From IMG/VR virus record IMGVR_UViG_3300050343_000182: 64,000 bases of DNA, one strand, 5' to 3'. This DNA is from a virus. Numbering within the stretch: the first letter of the stretch is position 1; each line of letters opens with the position of its first letter. Below are positions 11,801 through 19,700 of this stretch, piece after piece. Made by a program: the position numbers and the translations under genes. The notes beneath the pieces were generated by a model, which was not told where the DNA came from, ran no database searches, and saw nothing but the letters and a program-made list of their open reading frames with translations.

Positions 11801-13155
11801 GCATCGTCTACAGCGGCGATTCCTACGATTCATTCCCAACTTCTTCTCCTTCTTATCCTAACGATGACAAGGAAGTGCTGGTTTATCACAGAAACCATGG
11901 TATGCATCAACGTAGTAATAACGTTGAGGTTGAGGGCATTATCTCAGAAGTGCCTCCTACTACATTGACCACTACCCTGACTGCTGGAGCAACTTCCATC
12001 CAAGTTAATGATGGATCTCAGTTCCATCAAATTATCGGTGGATCTCCAATTGGTAACCTCAACCAAGGTTATCTTAAGATTGAAGATGAGATTATTCAAT
12101 ACTCCTCAATCTCTGTTAACGGTCAAGTCATCACAGTGGCAACCTCTGGTAGAGGTAACAGTGGCACTGCTGATGTTGAGCACGCCTCTGGTGCAATTGT
12201 CGAATGCTACAACCTCGATGGCATTCCTCTGACTCAAATCAATAAGGTCCACACTACTATCTCTTGCCCATGGTTAGATACCTACATGTTGCACATTGAT
12301 AGTGTTGCAACTAACGGTATTCGTGGTGGTGGCACCATGGTTTATTCTTCTCAGAATGTCCAGTTTGAAACCATTACACCTACGGTGTCTACGATGGTTA
12401 TGGCAGATACAAGTCTGTCAGCAAGACTGAATACTACTACTGCTACATCAGTTGGTGATGGATCTAATGTAGTTGACCAAAACTCCTTCATCAATAATGG
12501 CACTTATGTTGACATTGTATTGAATGAGCAAAACGTGTTTACTGCTCCTCAGATGGTTGCATCTAAGATTAATGAGCAGAACAAACTGGATGGTAACAAG
12601 TCCCTTACTATGGCAATCGCACTTGAGACTGAAAAATCATCACTCTCTCCTTGTATTGACCTTGACCGTGTGTCACTGATTACAACATCTAACCGCGTAA
12701 ATATGTGGCCAGGTGGACAATCAACTTACGGTCAGCAATCACAAATTGATAGAGATCAAGATGTTTCTACTCTTGCTGTTGGTGATCAAAATGATGCTGT
12801 CTATGTCACACGTCTGGCACGTTTGGGCAAAGAAGCACGCTCACTGAAGATTGACTTCCAAGTTACCCGTCACCCTGCTACCGAGCTTCGTATCTACTAC
12901 AAGGCATTCAAGGTTGGTGATGCTACTGATCCTAATACTATTGGTTGGACACAAATGGGTCTTCCCACTTCCAATCAAAACTTAGGTGAAGCATATGATA
13001 CAACTCCTACAGAAGAATACCTCTGGAAGGATTATACATATGAAGCAAGGGGACTTAACTTCAACGCTTTCCAAGTGAAGATTGTAATGAGATCTAAAAA
13101 CCAAGCACGAGTACCACTCATAGCTGATCTTAGATCCATTGCTCTTGCAACCTAA
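5848..13155 (+). CDS. Large virion structural protein, DUF4815/VrlC-like
   Basis: N-terminus NLNIAPYFDDFD...FYRVLFRPG..IQARELTTLQSILQNQIE and later RLKNGYVVDDF, FNVFTFIG motifs; position after g8. Confidence 0.8.
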   Translation: MPQNTNLNIAPYFDDFDKDKNFYRVLFRPGYPIQARELTTLQSILQNQIESIGQHFFKEGAMVIPGQVGYDLNVQAIILQQSFLGVDVETYRTQLHGQIVEGITTGVKAKVLYSIAASESERGYVTLYVKYIESGDTVSDTTIKGFQSNEQLLAQNEITFGTTLIEIGSPFGQLLPVDSTAVASAAYINNGVYFIRGHFVDVASANLILEQYSNNPSYRVGLEVSESIVTPEDDPSLNDNAAGTSNYSAPGGHRFKIKTTLVKKAINDSTDKNFVELLRINNSKVEQFVDHTAYSELEKSMARRTYEESGDYVIDTFSIKARECLDDGFNNGVYTPTQTTQQNNIPTDDLLSYEISPGRAYVKGYRTEFLTPQYVDSAKPRDFACVENGIIHFRLGNFVKVYDQYGWADLTGEGVSDAYQVIELYDDWNLGVSNSIVGNQIGRARIVQLQVDQANQYDMWFFDPQMFTAINFASGNNSVSIGDVLRGRTSGARGFVADSGSSTHCKLEQVSGVFLNNEVVERDGRVIGTLEAAHTYNLSDVRRSVGRNDSNVVTFAANWLLNDNASIESSTVTVSGTGALSTGFRTKFAEDLRPGDVVTTTASGLNGGNTLRIKRVDPTLIATNTGNIATGGTPVFDYLNQTAIMDASLKKGSGNADGEYAEMVRMRPFIFQKDYQNGELSIDAPRTSMKSISDESFFVYRTFANKTVVSGGVTVSLPESEQFAALDDENYVLTIVAESGSSYSVGDNLDIDNLNDLGSLTVTFGADAQSITISGLANVNTVKLTALISKNIVTRKIKTAAKMRAMKVTRTRINNDQTKYGLAYGNLYGTRIEDEEISFALNDVYKIHAVYESEGDNDAESPYMVLSESTFFDNGSVVVGKTSGARGRVIQFVNSTLRLYFVALNEIPFIPGETIDGVDDDGIPLQAIVDDSDGSVSKGSKVVTTQFELESGQKAHFYDVCKLARMPGFSPPIRKILVIFDYFLHESSGDYFSAQSYTGIMYKEIPKYKLDGSINYIRDQIDFRPGIGELASGSGTITSPFFVNCASLDFGSRQFDTSGGVGGSTIFDIPKVNTQFRCDYCYYLPRADKLYLTHDNKLKIVKGVSSEDVPHPDKIDNAMLLATIEMRPYVYDVERDVLIYPEIIKRYTMKDIGDLETRLSHVEYYTSLSLLEVQADNTKTYDDNGFDRLKNGYVVDDFTDHTVGDVLSIDYKCSMDFKEGHLRPSHYTSNVPLQINMGASSNVVKTTGNMVMLPYEDLAIITQPYASRTENVNPFNVFTFIGRIDLTPASDDWIDIERLPARVENVEGDFSAVARDLQIDQNGFAPLQWGGWQTNWTGESLQSTTQTRNRSGSFSSGGRRLGRLGHGQGRQPLFVHERRTYRVVNNQARQGVRTRVTPKIDRKSLGDTMLSQTAIPWIRSRNIGFNIDRLKPRTRMYYFFDGVNVSGYVTPKVIELTKSSTADPNSNETPFVVGETVVGQTSGARVLVAPANDGYKTDPYGIGPTGLAESYASQTNFLNIDITAMAETVNPNFYGNVNVGEVLLGLTSGARAVVRDRRLLSDNVGNLQGTFFIPSPKNDSNPRWATGTRTVRVTTSDTNDRTPGNVDSSADASYSATGTLQTVRENILAVRNAEIVRDTVNDERTVITTRTEQRQIGWYDPLAQSFICDSEGGVFLTGVDIFFRTKDANIPISIQIRTMENGYPTKDIIPFSDTTIDPDTVELSENASIPTRFTFRSPVYIKSNIEYCFVLLSDSNEYNVWISRMGDVDVTGTRTISEQPYAGVLFKSQNASTWTADQYEDLKFTMYRAEFTANLGTAIFNNAELGKGNNGIHRLIENPIQTLKPKQTLTLPVDSNYTFTVGARIIQTPSNAEGTIVEFDSISNPETITITDIDGIWSAGFLDANNNTFQGIASSQSVATIILSAIFNGTFEVGDVVSGSTSASTGVVTAYDTGTQTLTLNYITRAFDLSDTLSEPGGTSATITSIVYSGDSYDSFPTSSPSYPNDDKEVLVYHRNHGMHQRSNNVEVEGIISEVPPTTLTTTLTAGATSIQVNDGSQFHQIIGGSPIGNLNQGYLKIEDEIIQYSSISVNGQVITVATSGRGNSGTADVEHASGAIVECYNLDGIPLTQINKVHTTISCPWLDTYMLHIDSVATNGIRGGGTMVYSSQNVQFETITPTVSTMVMADTSLSARLNTTTATSVGDGSNVVDQNSFINNGTYVDIVLNEQNVFTAPQMVASKINEQNKLDGNKSLTMAIALETEKSSLSPCIDLDRVSLITTSNRVNMWPGGQSTYGQQSQIDRDQDVSTLAVGDQNDAVYVTRLARLGKEARSLKIDFQVTRHPATELRIYYKAFKVGDATDPNTIGWTQMGLPTSNQNLGEAYDTTPTEEYLWKDYTYEARGLNFNAFQVKIVMRSKNQARVPLIADLRSIALAT

Positions 13156-13162
13156 CACGGTT

Positions 13163-13191
13163 ATTATAATAGTTATTCTTTGATATGTCAA
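13163..13191 (-). promoter_or_regulatory. Sigma70-consensus promoter on the minus strand
   Basis: Minus strand reads TTGACA (13191-13186), 17 nt, TATAAT (13168-13163). Confidence 0.6.
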
Positions 13192-13457
13192 CAGATTCTG
13201 ATTACATTAAACCATTCAATGATGACCTAATCCCTGTTGAAGGCAGGGATGGTTGGTTTCGTGATCCAAATAGTAATGCTATTGTGAACTGTAATATGTC
13301 AGAGTATGACAACTATATGGCGGCATTTAATCGTCGCACCAAGAAAGAGGAGAAGTTAAACACTTTACAAGATGAGGTATCTGGGTTAAAATCGGATATC
13401 GGTGAAATCAAAAACCTACTTAAATCATTACTACACGGAGACAACAATGCCAGCTGA
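13185..13457 (+). CDS. Hypothetical protein with coiled-coil C-terminus
   Basis: 90-aa ORF, VEGRDGWFRDPNSNAIVN motif, in-operon spacing. Confidence 0.7.
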   Translation: MSTDSDYIKPFNDDLIPVEGRDGWFRDPNSNAIVNCNMSEYDNYMAAFNRRTKKEEKLNTLQDEVSGLKSDIGEIKNLLKSLLHGDNNAS

Positions 13458-13689
13458 TGTGACTGAAACTGCCTCACAAGAAGAATTGCTTGAGCAATTC
13501 AAAACTCGTTACCAGGGTCTTTTGAAAGACAACCGCGAGATGGCAGACAAGATTAAGAGCAATGAAGCTACCGCTCTAAAACTTCTCGGTGCTATTGAGA
13601 CTCTTGAGTATCTCAATCCACCAACTGAAGAAGAAGTTGAGCCACGTCCAGACGGGACTATTGATCCCGACGACCTGGAAACTACCTGA
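13447..13689 (+). CDS. Hypothetical acidic coiled-coil protein
   Basis: ATG at 13447 overlapping upstream stop; followed directly by a terminator. Confidence 0.65.
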   Translation: MPADVTETASQEELLEQFKTRYQGLLKDNREMADKIKSNEATALKLLGAIETLEYLNPPTEEEVEPRPDGTIDPDDLETT

Positions 13690-13694
13690 CCCCT

Positions 13695-13716
13695 ACCCCC
13701 CGAAAGGGGGGTTTTT
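13695..13716 (+). terminator. Rho-independent terminator
   Basis: ACCCCCC-GAAA-GGGGGGT followed by TTTT. Confidence 0.85.
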
Positions 13717-13721
13717 CGTGA

Positions 13722-13729
13722 CATAAATA
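13722..13729 (+). promoter_or_regulatory. T4-type late promoter variant (CATAAATA)
   Basis: Directly after terminator, about 40 nt upstream of the fibre ATG. Confidence 0.65.
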
Positions 13730-13770
13730 AGTCAGACAGACTAACTGTTGTGCTAGGATCCTTTTAAGCA

Positions 13771-16700
13771 ATGGCAAATAGAATACAATTAAGACGTGAC
13801 GGTGCTCAGCAGTGGGCAAACGTCAACCCTATTCTCGCCCAAGGTGAGTTGGGAATCGAAATTGATACCTCGCGTATCAAAATCGGTGATGGTGTAACCG
13901 CCTGGAACTCTCTAAGATATGAGAGACCGATTGAGACGGAATCTAATACCGCTAACACGCTTGTTAAACGTGATGCTGACGGTAACTTTGAGGCAGGTGC
14001 AATTACTGCTTCTCTCGTCGGTAACTCCGCTACTGCAACCCGACTGGCAAACGCACGACAGATCGCCCTGGGTGGTGACATGTCTGGTGCTGGCACGTTT
14101 GATGGATCCTCAAACCTGACCATTACTGCCGAATTGAATTATGTGGTGGCACTGCCTCACTATGATGAGAATGACCTAGCAGCAACTGGCACCTACACCC
14201 GTATCACGGTGGACTCTCGTGGTCGTATTATCGATGCTGAGACACCTGGCACTCTTGCTGAGTATGGTATTGGTGACGCACAACCTTTAGATAGTGATTT
14301 GACCTCTCTTGCCGACATGGCAGGTTTCGGTTTCATCTCTAGACAAGCAGAAGGAACCCTAGTAAACCGCACCATTACGGGTGGTAGTGGTCGTGTCATT
14401 GTCAACAATGGTAATGCTCAAACTAATAATCCATTCATTGACCTAGCAGATACCACAGTTGTGGTGGGTAAGTATAATACCCTCAACTCAATGGATCCTC
14501 TGGTCAATCCTTTGATCAGTGCTACAACTGGTGAGGAGACAGTCAACACAGTTAACTTCCAAGTTGACAGATATGGTCGTCTAGTTTATGCTAATACTTC
14601 ACCGATTGCTACGGCAACTGAAGGAGCTAAGGATGGCACATCTTTCACCAATTACGATAACGCTACTGCGTATCCTAGATTTTCAAAGGTTATTGCTACT
14701 AACGGTCGCGTCTACCAAGCGGCTATTAGGGATATCGGATCAGGACTCGGAGAGCCTTCCCACAACATCCAAGGTGGTGATGCAGACGATCAAGGTGGAT
14801 GGAGAGATCTGGGTACTGATACCGTCGAGCAAAAGGGTCTTGCGAGTTTCGACCAGGAAGACTTCAACGTAGATGCTAACGGTCATGTAACGATTGCGGC
14901 TAACGCCATTGAAAATTCCCAGTTGCAATCACTGGGTCATTTGATGTTTACGGATCAGAATGCAACTGAAACCTTTGAGCTGGACCCCGAAAGGACGACT
15001 GATAATGCTTATCATGGCATTACCAAGCTTAACCATATTAACGTTAACAACAGAACTGGCGGTAGCGTATTCCGTATCGTTGGTTACGATACTGGTGAGT
15101 ATCCTTTCCAACCTGGAGTTTTGGGGCAGGGCAATTCCTATCCTGCTATTGCTGCTGATGACGCTAACGGTAACGGTAGTGCCACCAGTGGATCATCTCT
15201 CACTGGTCTTGTTGACGTTAACCTCGATGCTACCATTAGTGGTAACATTACTCTTGATGTTACAAAAGCCGACCAGTTCATTAAGCGAACCTCGGGAAAT
15301 CTCGAAATTGCCCTAGAGGTAAATGAAGCGACAAATCGCTCCATGGATATCAACGTTACCAATGCTGGTAGTGGAGATGCAACTCTAAACATTACTTCAG
15401 ATCAGGACATCACCATTGCGGTGACTGACGTTGACCATAGAGTCAACATCGAAGACTTCCATATTCAGGATAATGTTATCTCTACAACCAATGCCATCAT
15501 GGTATTGGATCCTAATGATGACGATGACCTTACTGGCACCGTCCGTATCCGTGGTGACCTGACAGTTGATGGTGTTACAACCACTGTTAACTCAACTGTA
15601 GTGACCATCCAAGACCCCATCATGACGTTGGGTGGCGAGGATACACTGTTAACAGATGATAACAAAGACCGTGGTATTGAATTTAGGTATTATGATAGTC
15701 AAGAGCGATTTGGATTCTATGGTTGGGATGAAGACTATGCGGACTCTAACATTTGGTCTGGCACTGGCGGGTATAGGTTCCTCTACAACGCGACTAACGC
15801 CTCTGAAGTTTACTCTGGCACTGACGCTCCTATCATTGCTGGTAACCTCAGACTAACTACAGACACTTCTTCTACTTGGAAGACACCTACAACTGGCACC
15901 TTGGTGGTGACTGGTGGCACAGGTATCTCTGAGAATCTTAACGTCGGTGGCACGACCCACCTGAATGGTAACGTTGAGATTGATGGCACAGTTGACATTG
16001 ATGCCAACTTCGCTGTTAGAAACAATACTACTGATAAGTTTACTATTGAAAGTGCAACTGGTAACACTGTTATCGAAGGCACCCTGGATATTCAACTTGA
16101 GACTGAGATTACAGATAATCTCATCCTCACTGCTGATAACAAAGAATTTATTATCCGCACTGCTGGATCAGTCAATAAGTTTACTGTTGATTCTGATAAC
16201 GGTAATACTGATGTCCAAGGGACACTACATGTAGTCCAAGGTGTTGACTTTGATTCAACTCTTAATGTTGATAGCAACGTAACATTCAATGCTGAATTGG
16301 ATGTCGATGATGATGTGGTCTTCCATAATGACTTCCTGATGGATGTCACTGGTAAGTATTTCACTATTACCAATGGCAGCAATCAAACGTTCCGTATCCT
16401 GAGCACAAATGGCAATACAGATATCGAAGGTAGTCTTAATGTTGGGGGCGTCAACACTTTTGAGCGCACTAACAATATCACTATTGGTGAGACTGATTCT
16501 GACATCACCCTAAGCAGTGGTGGAAATGCTACCTTCGCTGGTGGCGTCAACATGGATAAGGATCTCCGTGTTGGTGGTGACATCTATCTGGCAGATCGTC
16601 TGGTCGTCAAGGATGCTGGCACTGCTCGCACCCGTCCTTCTCTGCTTAATAACGTTGATGTCCTATACCGCACCTATCTGGGTGGTGGCACAGCACACAA

Positions 16701-19700
16701 CGCATCCTTTGCAAATGATGCTGATGCTCAACTGAGAGTTGCTGGTGGTGTTGGTATTGTCCAAGACCTGCATGTTGGTGATGACTTCTACGTTGGTAAG
16801 GTTGCCACTAATGATAACGTTGAATTCTCTATCCTTGGCGAGTCTGGTTACACAACCATTGGTCGTGTTGGACAGGGTAACGCTACTGATGGTGCAATCC
16901 TTGTCCATGGTTACGCTACATTCAACGAGCAATTTACGATCAATGGTCCTCTGACCACTATTGGTGATGCAAATACTGATGTCTTGACAGTCAACGCTGT
17001 CTCTACATTCACCGATAACGTTACTATTAATGGTGACTTTGATATCGATGGCAATGCCATTATCGAAGGAAACTTGACAGTTAACGGAGTTACGACTACA
17101 GTTAATAGCACAGTAGTGACGTTGGATGATCCTGTCATTACTTTAGGTGGGGACACTGCTCCTACCCAGTCGGATGCTAAAGATCGTGGTGTCGAATTCC
17201 GATACTACGACTCGACTGCTCGTGTTGGTTTCTTCGGTTGGGATGTGAGTGCTGCAAGATATGCTCTCTATCACAACGCAACCAACTCCAGTGAAGCATT
17301 CAGTGGATCAAGATCAGGTCTTGACGCTGGATCTATTAAACTATTTGATACAACCAATGCAACTAGCGCATCTTCTGGTACTCTTATCGTTGGTGGCGGT
17401 GTTGGCATCGGTCTCGATCTTTATGTGGGAGATGATCTCGTTGTTACCGACGATGGATCTTTCGGGGGTAACGTTGACATCACTGGCACTCTGGATGTCA
17501 CCGATGACTTCGCAGTCTCCACTGTATTTACAGTAGATGCACAGACTGGTAATACATTTGCTAACGGCACATTCAATGTCAATGGTAATGCACAGATTGG
17601 TAACCAGTCAGGTGACTCTCACACTGTTAACGGCACAGTCCAGTTTAACCAAGCACTGACTGCTGCTGAGAGACTTAATATTCGCGACCTTAAGGTCGGC
17701 ACAGATGCTGCTAACGAGATCGGCACCTCTTCAGGTAACCTGATTCTTGATTCAGCAGCTGGCACAGTCAATATCACAGACAATGCTGACGTAGATGGAG
17801 ACTTAAATGTTGACGGCAATACTCAAATCGATGGCACTCTTACTGTTGATGGTAATGCTACTATTGGCAACCAGGCAGGAGATAACCACATCGTTACTGG
17901 CACGGTTACATTTAACCAAGCAATCACCAGTACTGACATCACCGCCGACGCGATCCAGATCGGGGTCGATGCTAACAATGAGATTAGTACCACAACTGGT
18001 AACCTCATTCTCGACTCCGCTGACGGAAAGGTCCACATTACAGACAACGCCGAGGTTGATGGCAACCTTCAGGTAGATAGCAACACAACTCTGGGTGATG
18101 CTTCTGGCGACACTCTGACAGTCAATGCAACGTCAACCTTTAACGCTCCTATTACTTCTACAGACATTACTGCTGATGCTGTAAGAATTGGTGTTGCTGC
18201 TTCTAACGAGATTGACACCACTGCTGGTAACCTTGTCCTTGACTCTGCTGGTGGATCAGTAGACATCACTGATAATGCTACAGTCAGTGGCACTCTGGTC
18301 GTATCTGATCAGGTTACTGTCAATGACACTCTACTTATTGATGCTACTAACGAAAACTTTGTCATCAGATCTTCTCTGGTTGACAGATTCACTGTTGACA
18401 CTGACAACGGTAACACCTTTATTGCTGGCACAACTCAGATCGAAGGTCTGCTAACTGTCAATGATAACATTGATCACAATGGCAATCAGGATACTTCTGG
18501 CACATTAACTGTCGGTGGTCGCACCGAGTTGAATGGTATTGTAGATGTTGATGCTGACTTCGCTGTCCGCTCTGGCACTACTGATAAGTTTACTGTTACC
18601 TCTGCAACTGGTAACTTCGCTACTGTTGGTAACGGTAGTATCACAGGCACGTTGGCAGTCACTAACACTGCTGCATTTGCTGAGAAGGTTACACTCAGTG
18701 CTAATGAAACCGCTAATCGTCTGACTGCTAACGCAGCACTGATGGTTCCTAACGGTGGTATTGCAGTCTACGAAGATTCTTACTTCGGTCAAGATGTATT
18801 CATCGGACCTGACCAGAATGAAACCATCACCTTATTCGGTGCTACAGGTAACATCACTGCAGACGGCACAATCACCTCTTCCGTAGTTGCTGCTACTACA
18901 GCAAACATTGCTACCGTCAACACGACTTCTAACGTTAACGTTGGTGGATCGATCCTTGTTAACACTAATAAGTTTATCGTCCAAGGATCAACAGGTAACG
19001 TTACTGTTGCTGGCACCCTAGACGTTGCGGGTAGAGCAATCATTGATGATACTCTGCAAGTTACACAGAATGTTGACTTTGATTCTGATCTGAATGTTGA
19101 TGGTGATCAGCAACTAGACGGCACGCTGACTGTCGATAGCACCTCATTGTTTAAGGACAACGTGGTCCTCCGTGGTGCTACTAAGACTCTCAAGTTGCAG
19201 AATGGCAGCGGCACTGACAAGATTACACTTAACTCCACTTCAGGTAACGCTGAGATCACTGGTCTTGGCACCCTTGGAAGTCTTGACGTAACAAACAACA
19301 CCACCATGGGTGGCACGTTGGGTGTTACTGGTCAGATTACTGGTAACGTTACTGGTGACCTGACAGGTACTGCAGACAAGTCAAATCTGGTTGATGTTAC
19401 TGAGACAGCAACTTCTAACCTTACTTACTTCCCCACATTTGTTTCTGCAACGTCTGGACATACTGAGGTCCGCACAGACTCCAGTAACCTTACCTACAAC
19501 CCAAGCACTAACACACTTCAGGTTACTAACTTCAAGTCAGTAACTGACTTTGAGATTCAGGGTAACTTGAATGTTACTGGTGCTTTGACCTTCTTCCAGT
19601 CACAGGTTGGTAGTATTGCTAACCATGACACTGATGCATTAACAGAAGGCACCAGCAACCTCTACTTCACTGATGAGAGAGTCGATGACAGAGTTAACGC

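Noticed and set aside
12982-13191. 69-aa minus-strand ORF as the target of the antisense promoter
   Set aside because: Its start lies inside the -35 box, upstream of the predicted TSS, so that promoter could not express it.
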